Source: an uncultured Alphaproteobacteria bacterium
Lineage (GTDB): Bacteria > Pseudomonadota > Alphaproteobacteria > HIMB59 > GCA-002718135
Direction of reading: 5' to 3'
Assembly: GCA_902575815.1 (NCBI GenBank)
Contig: CACGTA010000005.1
Location: 2,213 to 66,212 of the forward strand
Length of the DNA stretch: 64,000 bases
The position numbers and the translations under genes are program-made. This document shows, in pieces, positions 18,946-28,057 of this stretch (the stretch's first letter is position 1; every line of letters begins with the position of its first letter). The notes under the pieces are model-generated. The model had not been told where the DNA came from. It made no database searches and saw only the letters and a list, made by a program, of their open reading frames with translations.

Positions 18946-19740
18946 TTATTCAGAAATAGTTGTTGTTGATTTTACATAATACGCATCAAGATAACAAGAT
19001 CCATCTGTCCACTCATCAGCATAAAGACTTGTGGATGTTCCAAATGCTATATCAATTTTAGGAGCTATTAATCCAACAGTATAATTAGATTCTAAACTAT
19101 AAATTTGGGTAAAAGTATCAGTATTTACATCGGGATCGTCCATAGCCAGTCCGTATTTGCCAGTTAGACTTGATATATCTTTTGTATAATTTGTGGTTTG
19201 ATTCGATCCGCTATCACAAGCTGCATTTGCACAAATTGTTGTTCCGCCTCCTGTTGTATCTGTCTGTAAATAAAATACATTTTCTTCTGCATTAGCAGCA
19301 GCATCAGCTTCACTAGCTTCACATACTCCATACTGCAAAGATTTATATTTACCAGTCGTAGAATTATAAGTAGAATCAGATTCTGTTCTACACCAACAAT
19401 TACTGTCTATTTCCACATAACCTTTCATTGAAAATTCTCTTGTTAAAGTGGGCTTAACATGGCTAAAAGTAGTACCAATTGGAAGTCCAGAGGTTGAAAC
19501 AAATGATCCTACCTCTGATCCAGCTGTTACAGAAGCAACATCAAAAGTTTTATTCCCAGTTCCAACTGTTGTAGCGCCTGTGCAAGTTGTGTCAGTCTTA
19601 CTAGCAAGTGGAGCTGCGGTGCACAGTTCTATTTTTGTTAATGTAACTTTATAAACTGTTGCTTCACCAAGTTCTGCAAAAGACTGAAAAGAAAAATTGA
19701 GACAAAATAATAGTGACAAAAGTGATATTATAATTTTCAT
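18946..19740 (-). CDS. Secreted Thr/Ser/Gly-rich protein with 8 Cys, function unknown
   Basis: Signal peptide MKIIISLLSLLFCLNFSFQSFA. The mature part has 8 Cys. Its start overlaps the upstream gene's stop by ATGA. Confidence 0.6.
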   Translation of the reverse strand: MKIIISLLSLLFCLNFSFQSFAELGEATVYKVTLTKIELCTAAPLASKTDTTCTGATTVGTGNKTFDVASVTAGSEVGSFVSTSGLPIGTTFSHVKPTLTREFSMKGYVEIDSNCWCRTESDSTYNSTTGKYKSLQYGVCEASEADAAANAEENVFYLQTDTTGGGTTICANAACDSGSNQTTNYTKDISSLTGKYGLAMDDPDVNTDTFTQIYSLESNYTVGLIAPKIDIAFGTSTSLYADEWTDGSCYLDAYYVKSTTTISE

Positions 19741-20624
19741 TCGACTAACCTCGTTATTACTACTCCCGTACCTTCTGACTCAATGGCTTGTTTGTTACTC
19801 CTTCTAACAATACTAAGTAGTTCTGTACTCATATCAAATTGAACAAATGCTTTTTCACTAACAAAATCTGTTGACGCAGTTGGTGTTTGTCTTGGTGGAT
19901 AAATAAAAGTAATTTTTGCAAAGTTATCAGTTCCAGAAATATTATTATCATCAAAACCTACTTCTGCTATTAAATTTGGTGTTAATGCCATTTCTAAACT
20001 AAGTGTTTCACCTTGAGAATCTTTTGAATTTTTTTCAGCTTCCCATCTATATGATTTACCAATTACATTTACCCATGGAATATATGGAACTTGACCAACA
20101 ATACTAATATCATAACCATCAAGTGTTCTTTCAGTGTAGTCTCCAACAGTTTTACCTCCACTTATTGCAGAATAATAATTTGCTAGGGCATCAAAAGCAG
20201 ATGATCGTAGTTCTACCCCAACACTAGCTCGAGCATTTCCTTTTTCATCGTAATCAAAGAAAACATTTGCGCCTGTCATAGAAGTTTTACTATCTGATAA
20301 TTTTCTGTAACCTACTCCAATATTTCCAGCTATTCGACTTTCACCTCTAATTTTGTGATCACTTAATTGTAACTGGATAAAAGTTGCATCAACACTATGG
20401 TGTATTGCAATTGGCCTTACTGTTACAATAGAAAATTCAGGTTTATAATCCTCCCCCATGTCAATACGAACTTGTGTATCGCCCTCACCATCTAATATGT
20501 TTTCTACAGCTTCGGATAGTCCTGATGTAAATCGATCTATAAGTCCTTGTTTAATTTTTTCTTCATCTCCAGCAAAGACATTAAAAGAAATAAGAAAAGT
20601 GATTAGAAGTATTATTAAACGCAT
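19737..20624 (-). CDS. Inverse-autotransporter (intimin/invasin-type) beta-barrel domain protein without a passenger
   Basis: Signal peptide MRLIILLITFLISFNVFA. The pattern matches the intimin beta-domain: NIGVGYRKL, ANVFFDYD, SVGVELRS, ALANYY, ERTLDGYDISIVGQVPYIPW. Confidence 0.55.
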   Translation of the reverse strand: MRLIILLITFLISFNVFAGDEEKIKQGLIDRFTSGLSEAVENILDGEGDTQVRIDMGEDYKPEFSIVTVRPIAIHHSVDATFIQLQLSDHKIRGESRIAGNIGVGYRKLSDSKTSMTGANVFFDYDEKGNARASVGVELRSSAFDALANYYSAISGGKTVGDYTERTLDGYDISIVGQVPYIPWVNVIGKSYRWEAEKNSKDSQGETLSLEMALTPNLIAEVGFDDNNISGTDNFAKITFIYPPRQTPTASTDFVSEKAFVQFDMSTELLSIVRRSNKQAIESEGTGVVITRLVE

Positions 20625-20640
20625 AAGTATTTATAATCAT

Positions 20641-20678
20641 AATACTAATAAAATATAAGTGTTTTTTCTATTAGTATT
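20641..20678 (-). repeat. Perfect 10-bp inverted repeat (AATACTAATA / TATTAGTATT) with an 18-nt spacer
   Basis: Read directly from the sequence. It lies between the HExxH gene and the barrel gene and overlaps the HExxH gene's stop codon. Confidence 0.4.
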
Positions 20679-21565
20679 TATTTCCATCCTCGAAACCAAT
20701 TTGTTTCAGCATATTCTGATAACTTATATGTACACCAATAGCTGTTTTTCTTAATTTTTTTGAATTTTTTATGATTATATCTTTCTGGCCAATCATCTTC
20801 AAAACCATAAGATCCTCCATGAGCCCTACCTGATCTTTCTGCTAAATGACAGACCATAGGCAATGGATCATATGGATCATCAGACGTTGGCGCCATATAA
20901 ACTGAGTCTTTCAAATCAGGGCAACTTTCATCACCATGTTCATAAATCATTTTACCAAGAATATACTGATTGTTTTCATTACTGAGAACACTAGGGCCAC
21001 TAACATGGCCGTTTCGATTTCCTTTCGTACATTTCCATGAAAAACCGTTACCATGAAGTAATTCGTGAATTGTAATTTTTATAATATCTTCTCTGGAGCC
21101 AGCTCTCTTCATAAATGTATAACCTGAGTGAACACCCATTTGCCCACCATCCCTATGTGTAAAGCTATCAACAAATGAGTAATATAATTTTTTTGGATTA
21201 TTAAAACCAAGATTTTGAATAAAATAATCTGGATAATTATTATTCCATCCTTTTTTTGTGCCTTTCTTATCAAGTCTTACAAAAGAAATATCTAATTTAC
21301 CATCTTGCCTATAATCTAATTTATATTTCTGTTTATTGCCGGTTAGCTCAAACATTTTCTGATTCATTTCTTCAATTATTTTTTCCAATTCACCATTAAT
21401 GTCTAACTCATTGTCTTTTCCATTTATATCAAGCATATAAATAAAATGGATTTGGTAATCATCATTTGTATCTGGTTGGTCTTCAAAAAATCTACCATCT
21501 TTAAGATCTGAAGCATTTGCTGAATTAAAGATTAAAACCAGGGTAATTATAAAAATATATTTCAT
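20678..21565 (-). CDS. Secreted putative zinc metallopeptidase-like protein (HExxH)
   Basis: Signal peptide MKYIFIITLVLIFNSANA. It has a single zincin-type motif, TIHELLHGNG, and several Cys. No closer family is recognised. Confidence 0.45.
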   Translation of the reverse strand: MKYIFIITLVLIFNSANASDLKDGRFFEDQPDTNDDYQIHFIYMLDINGKDNELDINGELEKIIEEMNQKMFELTGNKQKYKLDYRQDGKLDISFVRLDKKGTKKGWNNNYPDYFIQNLGFNNPKKLYYSFVDSFTHRDGGQMGVHSGYTFMKRAGSREDIIKITIHELLHGNGFSWKCTKGNRNGHVSGPSVLSNENNQYILGKMIYEHGDESCPDLKDSVYMAPTSDDPYDPLPMVCHLAERSGRAHGGSYGFEDDWPERYNHKKFKKIKKNSYWCTYKLSEYAETNWFRGWK

Positions 21566-21683
21566 AATATAATTAAATATTAAATTTTTTATTAACTCAA
21601 CTAAGTTTCAAAAAAATTCCCTTTTTATTTTAAAATATGAACTATTTACTTAACAAATCGATATAAAATAAATATTGTTGGAA

Positions 21684-22790
21684 ATGGCCTACCAGATAAA
21701 TACTAATTATTCCGTTACTTTTGATGATGTTCTGCTCTCACCAGCATATTCGGAAATTAAACCTAAAGAGGTAGATACATCGATTACCATTGGAAAAGTC
21801 AAATTACATATTCCAATACTCTCTGCTGCTATGGATACAGTGACAGAGAATAAAATGGCGATCAATCTCGCACTACATGGTGGTCTAGGAGTTATTCACC
21901 GTAATATGCCAATTGATAAACAAGCAAGCGAAGTTAACAAAGTTCATAGCTTTAAAGTTAACGCTAAAAAATTTCAACATGCTGTAATTAATTCTAATGG
22001 AAAGATTGCGGTGGGCGCTGCAATTGGTGTTGAAAATAACGCGTACTTACGACTATTAGAATTATTAAAAGTTGGTGTTGATATAGTCTTTATTGATGTT
22101 GCTCATGCACATACAAAAACAACTTTACTGTTTATTGAAAAAGCAAAAAAAGTTTTAAAGAAAACACCTCTCATAGTTGGAAACATCGCTACAAAAAAAG
22201 CTGCATCAGATTTAATTAGTGCTGGTGTAGATGCTATTAAAGTAGGTATTGGACCAGGATCAATTTGTACAACAAGGGTTGTGACTGGTGTTGGTATTCC
22301 TCAACTCTCCGCTGTGATGGATACATATCAAGCTGCCAAAAAATTTAAAATTCCTGTGATTGCAGATGGAGGAATAAAAACATCAGGTGATATTGCGAAA
22401 GCTATAGCAGGCGGTGCAAGTGCTTGCATGATAGGGTCTTTATTTGCCGGCACTGAAGAATCACCAGGAAAATTATTAACGATTAAAGGTAAAAAATTTA
22501 AATCCTATAGAGGTATGGGTTCGGTAGGAGCAATGCAAAAAGGTTCTTTTGATCGATACTCCCAAGAAGAAACAAAGAATGCAAAAAAATTAGTGGCAGA
22601 AGGTGTGGAAGGGATGGTTCCATATAAAGGTAAAATAGAAGATGTAACGTATCAACTTGTTGGCGGTTTAAAATCGTCAATGGGTTACACTGGTCATAAA
22701 ACAATTAAGAAAATGCAAGGCAATTGTAAGTTTGTGTTTATTTCTAAAGCAGGAGCCCGCGAAAGTAATGTCCACGATGTCATTATGTAA
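21684..22790 (+). CDS. guaB: IMP dehydrogenase lacking the CBS (Bateman) subdomain
   Basis: [17 protein letters not shown], catalytic loop [11 protein letters not shown], flap GMGSVGAM and C-terminal ESNVHDV. A roughly 18-aa linker replaces the roughly 120-aa CBS pair. I prefer the ATG at 21684 over the TTG at 21675. Confidence 0.85.
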   Translation: MAYQINTNYSVTFDDVLLSPAYSEIKPKEVDTSITIGKVKLHIPILSAAMDTVTENKMAINLALHGGLGVIHRNMPIDKQASEVNKVHSFKVNAKKFQHAVINSNGKIAVGAAIGVENNAYLRLLELLKVGVDIVFIDVAHAHTKTTLLFIEKAKKVLKKTPLIVGNIATKKAASDLISAGVDAIKVGIGPGSICTTRVVTGVGIPQLSAVMDTYQAAKKFKIPVIADGGIKTSGDIAKAIAGGASACMIGSLFAGTEESPGKLLTIKGKKFKSYRGMGSVGAMQKGSFDRYSQEETKNAKKLVAEGVEGMVPYKGKIEDVTYQLVGGLKSSMGYTGHKTIKKMQGNCKFVFISKAGARESNVHDVIM

Positions 22791-22832
22791 TAATGTATCG
22801 AATCATCATTGAATTGATACAATAAAACAAAA

Positions 22833-23324
22833 ATGACCTCAGCATCAACAAAATATAAGGTAGCAATTGTGATGGGAAGTAAGTCTGATTATGCTACCAT
22901 GAAAAATTGTGAAAAAATTTTAAGATTACTGAAAGTAAAGTTTGAAACCAAAATTGTTTCTGCACACCGTACACCAGAGAGAATGTTTAAATTTGCCAAA
23001 GCAGCTGAAGATAATAATTTTTCTGTCATTATTGCCGGTGCAGGAGGCTCTGCACATTTACCAGGGATGATTGCATCATTAACAACTATACCTGTGATCG
23101 GTGTACCAATAGAAAGTCGTAAATTAAAGGGATTGGATAGTTTGTTATCTATAGTACAAATGCCAAAAGGTATTCCTGTTGGTAGTGTGGCAATTGGTGA
23201 AGATGGAGCAATGAATGCTGGTTTATATGCAGCTTCCATTATTGCTCTTACGGATAAAGAAACTAAGAAAAATTTAAAAAATTATCGAAGTAAACAATCT
23301 AAAGCTGTTAAACAAAAACCATAA
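22833..23324 (+). CDS. purE: N5-carboxyaminoimidazole ribonucleotide mutase
   Basis: VSAHRTP and GAGGSAHLPGM motifs. Confidence 0.9.
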   Translation: MTSASTKYKVAIVMGSKSDYATMKNCEKILRLLKVKFETKIVSAHRTPERMFKFAKAAEDNNFSVIIAGAGGSAHLPGMIASLTTIPVIGVPIESRKLKGLDSLLSIVQMPKGIPVGSVAIGEDGAMNAGLYAASIIALTDKETKKNLKNYRSKQSKAVKQKP

Positions 23325-23327
23325 GTC

Positions 23328-24371
23328 ATGAATACACCCACACTTGGCATTATCGGTGGTGGACAATTAGGAAGTCTTTTAGCAGATGCAGCAAAAAAAA
23401 TAGATATAAAAACCGTCATATTAAGTGATGATCCTGATGCGCCCGGGAAACATTTTGCGACTAAATTTATTTTTGGTCAGTATGATGATGATACAACAAT
23501 AAATAATTTTATTAATGCAGTTGATCTTGTTACATATGAATTTGAAAATATTCCCTTCGCAATACTAAAAAAGATTAATGAAAAGAAACAAGTTTTACCT
23601 AAACCAGAAATTAATCGACTCATTCAACACCGGGAAACAGAAAAAAAATTTCTCAATGATAATAATATAACAACAACAAAATATGTGATTGTTAAAAATG
23701 AAAAGGATTTGAGTGAAAATGTAAACTTGCTTCCTGGTTTGTTAAAAACAACAACATTAGGATACGATGGTAAAGGTCAGTATAAATTACAAACTGTAGA
23801 TGAAATTACGAACGAAATTGATTTTACAAAAGAATACATTTTAGAAAAACTCATTAATCTTAAAAAAGAAATTTCAGTCGTCATTACTCGTTATGATCAA
23901 AATAGTTATGAGATCTATGAACCTATTGAGAATGTTCATGAAGAACAAATTTTAAAATATTCAACAATACCAAGTGATATTTCTGATAACATACGAATAA
24001 AATCAATTGAGTGGGCAAAACACGTTGTAGAAAAACTAGATTATATTGGAACATTATGTGTAGAATTTTTTATTGATACTGATGATAATTTATATGCTAA
24101 CGAAATTGCTCCTCGTGTTCATAATTCTGGGCATTTGACAATGAACTCTCATAATATTAGTCAATTTGAAAATCATGTACGAGCAGTATGCGGCTTAGAA
24201 AAGATCGAAACAAAAAAATTATATAATGCTAAAATGATTAATTTAATTGGTGATGAGATATCACTTTACCGAAATAAAACATTTAAGGATAACGAATTTT
24301 TTTATGATTATTTAAAAACAGAAATTAAACAAAAAAGAAAAATGGGTCATTTAACGATTATAGAAAAATAA
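23328..24371 (+). CDS. purK: N5-carboxyaminoimidazole ribonucleotide synthase
   Basis: ATP-grasp fold (GYDGKGQ, ANEIAPRVHNSGH). It directly follows purE. Confidence 0.85.
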   Translation: MNTPTLGIIGGGQLGSLLADAAKKIDIKTVILSDDPDAPGKHFATKFIFGQYDDDTTINNFINAVDLVTYEFENIPFAILKKINEKKQVLPKPEINRLIQHRETEKKFLNDNNITTTKYVIVKNEKDLSENVNLLPGLLKTTTLGYDGKGQYKLQTVDEITNEIDFTKEYILEKLINLKKEISVVITRYDQNSYEIYEPIENVHEEQILKYSTIPSDISDNIRIKSIEWAKHVVEKLDYIGTLCVEFFIDTDDNLYANEIAPRVHNSGHLTMNSHNISQFENHVRAVCGLEKIETKKLYNAKMINLIGDEISLYRNKTFKDNEFFYDYLKTEIKQKRKMGHLTIIEK

Positions 24372-24381
24372 ATTATTAACT

Positions 24382-25278
24382 TTAATTAAATTGATCAGTT
24401 AACTGCGTTACTAATTGATATTTATTGGCAACATTTACTAAGTCTTCTCCTTCACGAAAAGATTGCTTATCTAATTGTTTAGTGGGATCTCCTCCAGGCC
24501 ATATTCGCCAACTATCATTATCAATGACATCAGATAAAACTAACGAATTATCCCATACTTTAAAACCAAGCTCAAACTTAATATCAACCAAATGTATAGG
24601 ACCATCAATTGTCTTAATAGTTTTCCATTTGTCTTCAATAAGCTCAAAACTTGGAAGAATAATTTTATTAATAGCTATTTCTAATTCTTGATCAGACAAT
24701 AATTTTTTGGTTTTCATCAAGCTTTTGCTTGTTATAGGTTGTTTGGCAGAAAATAACTCCCATTCTTCTCCAGTTTTAACAAAAGGATCCGTAAATACAC
24801 CCTCTTCCCATTTTCCATCTTTTAAAAATTGTCTTCTCGCTTCACTCTCATTCATTTGAACAGGTTCTTCAACATGTGGAGGGATAACAACCGCTTGTTT
24901 ATGAAATATTTCCCAAACTAAGTTTTCAAATTGATGAGGATTGCTTTTATCTTTTTCAAATTGAGTGTTTCTGCTTAAATAACTTCCCCATGCATAGCGT
25001 CTAACTACAAATTCTAAAGGAAGCATAATGCAGTTGTAACTTAAAAGACTATTTGGCGAATCTTGTTTAATAAATGATGTTGAGATACCTGCCTTGCTTA
25101 GCATACTAAACACATTACTTGTTTGTTTTGTCTTTTGTATTCCAATATCTTTAATTTCCTCTTTCTTCGCTGCATCCCCACCTGTTAAAAAATCTTTTGT
25201 TACAATTCGAATGATATTTTGATCATTTGTTTTCTCAATAATTTTTGTTTTTCCTTCAACTAAAAAAGAATTACTCAT
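24382..25278 (-). CDS. purC: SAICAR synthetase (long form)
   Basis: N-terminal EGKTK motif and purine-cluster context. The ATG at 25278 gives an 8-nt overlap with purD. The upstream ATG at 25320 is also possible. Confidence 0.75.
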   Translation of the reverse strand: MSNSFLVEGKTKIIEKTNDQNIIRIVTKDFLTGGDAAKKEEIKDIGIQKTKQTSNVFSMLSKAGISTSFIKQDSPNSLLSYNCIMLPLEFVVRRYAWGSYLSRNTQFEKDKSNPHQFENLVWEIFHKQAVVIPPHVEEPVQMNESEARRQFLKDGKWEEGVFTDPFVKTGEEWELFSAKQPITSKSLMKTKKLLSDQELEIAINKIILPSFELIEDKWKTIKTIDGPIHLVDIKFELGFKVWDNSLVLSDVIDNDSWRIWPGGDPTKQLDKQSFREGEDLVNVANKYQLVTQLTDQFN

Positions 25279-26548
25279 CAATATATCTCCAGCCGATATC
25301 TTTTCGATAATATCCCTCATCCCAATTAATTTGATTGATTATATTGTGAATATTTTCTCTAATAGTTTTTAAATCCTTACCCGTATTAGAGATATTTAAG
25401 ACGCGCCCACCATTAGAGAGCCATTTGTTTTCTTTAAGCATTGTTCCTGCATGAAATATATAGTCATCCATTGTTAAAGTAAGATTTTCCAAATTATTAA
25501 TTGGTGTTAATTTTTTATAATCCTCAGGATAACCATGAGCAGCCATTACTACTGTCATGGCATAATCATTTTTCCACTTAATTTTTTTTATTTCATTTAA
25601 GGTGCCTATCGCTGATGCATGAAGGAGTTCTAATAAATCTGTTTCTAATAGTGGAATAATTGCTTGTGTTTCCGGATCGCCAAAACGAACATTAATTTCG
25701 AGTAAATTTGGACCCTTATCTGTTAGAATTAATCCTGCATAAAACATTCCTTGATACTTGATGCCTTGTTCAGCAAGATGTTGAACGATAGGTTCAACAA
25801 ATGTTTTGGATAATTCATTCATTTTATTTGACGAAATAGAAGGAACAGGTGTGTAGGCTCCCATACCACCAGTATTTAACCCTTTTTCTCCTTCTAAGAT
25901 TTTTTTATGATCTTGTGCTGTTGTAAGTGGCAACACAAATCCATTTTTATCAACAAGTGAAAATAGGCTTACCTCTTCACCAACTAAAAATTCTTCAATA
26001 ACAACAACTGAACCAGCATCACCAAAAGAATTATCTTTAAAACATTTTATCAGTGCATCTTTTGCATCTTCCATTGTTTGACAAATAATAACTCCTTTTC
26101 CTGCTGCTAAACCATCAGCTTTAATAACAAGAGGATAGGATTGGTTTTGACAAAAAATGAAGGCATCATCATAGTTGTCAAATACGTCATAAGCAGCTGT
26201 TGCTATATGTAATTTTTTACAAATATCTTTTGTAAACTTTTTTGATTTTTCTAGTTCAGCTCCCATCTGATCAGGGCCAAAGACTAAAATAGAATTGTTC
26301 ATTAAAAGGTTGGATAATCCTTTAGTTAAAGGTAGTTCTGGACCTATTACCACGAGATCAATTTTATTTTCTAGACAAAATTGAAGAATAGCATCATGAT
26401 CATTAACATCTGTGATAATTGAAGAAGCAATCTCACTGATACTATCACTTCCAGGAATACAATATAAATTAGAACAATTAGGAGATTGTTTTATACCATA
26501 ACATAATGCGTGCTCTCTTCCACCATTACCAATGACAAGAACGTTCAT
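25271..26548 (-). CDS. purD: Phosphoribosylamine-glycine ligase
   Basis: MNVLVIGNGGREHAL and the ATP-grasp motif ADGLAAGKGV. Confidence 0.9.
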   Translation of the reverse strand: MNVLVIGNGGREHALCYGIKQSPNCSNLYCIPGSDSISEIASSIITDVNDHDAILQFCLENKIDLVVIGPELPLTKGLSNLLMNNSILVFGPDQMGAELEKSKKFTKDICKKLHIATAAYDVFDNYDDAFIFCQNQSYPLVIKADGLAAGKGVIICQTMEDAKDALIKCFKDNSFGDAGSVVVIEEFLVGEEVSLFSLVDKNGFVLPLTTAQDHKKILEGEKGLNTGGMGAYTPVPSISSNKMNELSKTFVEPIVQHLAEQGIKYQGMFYAGLILTDKGPNLLEINVRFGDPETQAIIPLLETDLLELLHASAIGTLNEIKKIKWKNDYAMTVVMAAHGYPEDYKKLTPINNLENLTLTMDDYIFHAGTMLKENKWLSNGGRVLNISNTGKDLKTIRENIHNIINQINWDEGYYRKDIGWRYIDE

Positions 26549-26568
26549 GAAAAAAAATAATTCATTAA

Positions 26569-28056
26569 TTAATTATTTGAAGCAAGACTTAAGAATGAAA
26601 GTTTTTTTAAGCTTTCGTCATTCAAGTAATCTAAAGGTCTGACTGGATACTCTCCAGTAAAATAATGATCAGTAAATTGAGGATTATCATTATCTCTCTC
26701 ATCATAACCAAGAGCTTGATACAAACCATCTAATGATAAAAATTTTAATGATTTAGCTCCAATATATTTACACATTTCCTCTAAATTTTTGTTTGCAGCT
26801 AATAATTCTTCTTGGGTCGGAGTATCAACTCCATAAAAATCAGGATATTTAATTGCAGGTGAAGCAATACGCATATGGACTTCTTTTGCGCCAAAATCAT
26901 AAAGCATTTTTATTATCTTAGTGGATGTTGTTCCTCGAACCAATGAGTCGTCAATTAAAACAACTTTCTTTTTTTTAATAGAACTTTGGTTAGGATTTAG
27001 TTTTAACTTTACACCTAAACTTCTAATTTGCTGGGTTGGCTCAATAAATGTCCTCCCCACATAATGATTTCGTATTAATCCTAATTCAAAAGGAATACCA
27101 GACTCTTGACTAAAACCAAGCGCAGCAGGAACACCTGAGTCTGGAACTGGTACGACTACATCAGGTTTTATATCGGTTTCTTTTGCTAAGTATGTACCTA
27201 AATTTTTTCTATATTCATAGGCGGTTTTATTTTTTAAAATACTATCTGGCCGCGAAAAATAAATATATTCAAAAACACATGGTTTGATTTGTTTTTTTGG
27301 AAAAGGTCTTCGACTTTCAACTTTATTATCTTTAATAACTACAACTTCTCCATTTTCAATTTCACGGATAAATTTTGCACCTATAATGTCTAGCGCGCAA
27401 GTTTCAGAGGCAAGGATAAATGCATTTTTAAATTTACCTAAAACAAGTGGTCGAATACCTAACGGATCTCTTGCACCAATCAACGTACCATTAGCAATAA
27501 TTGATAAAGCATAACCACCTTGAATTTGCATTAAAGCATCAATAATTTTATTTAAAATATCTTTCTTTTTTGAACGAGCTACAAGTTGAACAATTGTTTC
27601 GGTATCTGATGTTGTTTGAAATATTGCACCTTCACGTACCATTTGCTCTCTTAAAAGTAGTGCATTAGTTAAATTACCATTATGAGCAATACTAATAGCT
27701 CCACCATGAAGGTCAGCATAAAAAGGTTGTATATTCCTTATTGTTTCACCGCCCGTTGTTGAATAGCGATTGTGTCCTATCGCAATTTTTCCCTTTAACT
27801 TGTCTAATGAGTGTTTCTTCGTAAAATTATCGCCAACCAATCCAAATTTTCTTTCTGAGTGATAGGAGTTGCCATCATAACTTACAATTCCACAACCTTC
27901 TTGACCACGGTGTTGCAACGCATGCAAACCAAGAGCTGTTAAGGCAGCAGCATCCTTAGTTCCACTTATTCCAAAAACTCCACACTCCTCATTAAATCTG
28001 GGAACATGAGATTGCCTTACCTTGAATTTTTTTAAGAAATTTTGTCGATTTTTCAT
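26569..28056 (-). CDS. purF: Amidophosphoribosyltransferase
   Basis: Ntn Cys in CGVFGI, preceded by a 24-aa N-terminal extension. The PRPP motif VVLIDDSLVRGTT is present. Confidence 0.9.
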   Translation of the reverse strand: MKNRQNFLKKFKVRQSHVPRFNEECGVFGISGTKDAAALTALGLHALQHRGQEGCGIVSYDGNSYHSERKFGLVGDNFTKKHSLDKLKGKIAIGHNRYSTTGGETIRNIQPFYADLHGGAISIAHNGNLTNALLLREQMVREGAIFQTTSDTETIVQLVARSKKKDILNKIIDALMQIQGGYALSIIANGTLIGARDPLGIRPLVLGKFKNAFILASETCALDIIGAKFIREIENGEVVVIKDNKVESRRPFPKKQIKPCVFEYIYFSRPDSILKNKTAYEYRKNLGTYLAKETDIKPDVVVPVPDSGVPAALGFSQESGIPFELGLIRNHYVGRTFIEPTQQIRSLGVKLKLNPNQSSIKKKKVVLIDDSLVRGTTSTKIIKMLYDFGAKEVHMRIASPAIKYPDFYGVDTPTQEELLAANKNLEEMCKYIGAKSLKFLSLDGLYQALGYDERDNDNPQFTDHYFTGEYPVRPLDYLNDESLKKLSFLSLASNN

Positions 28057-28057
28057 C

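Noticed and set aside
18946-20624. Higher GC of the barrel and 8-Cys genes as evidence of horizontal transfer
   Set aside because: Spot counts give about 38-45% GC. Similar values occur in the SBP gene (about 42%) and the Ldh2 gene (about 38%). Thr/Gly/Ala-rich composition explains much of the difference. A GC3 and codon-usage computation is needed before any claim.
22889-23239. 116-aa antisense ORF inside purE
   Set aside because: It is a shadow ORF opposite a highly conserved gene and has no motifs of its own.
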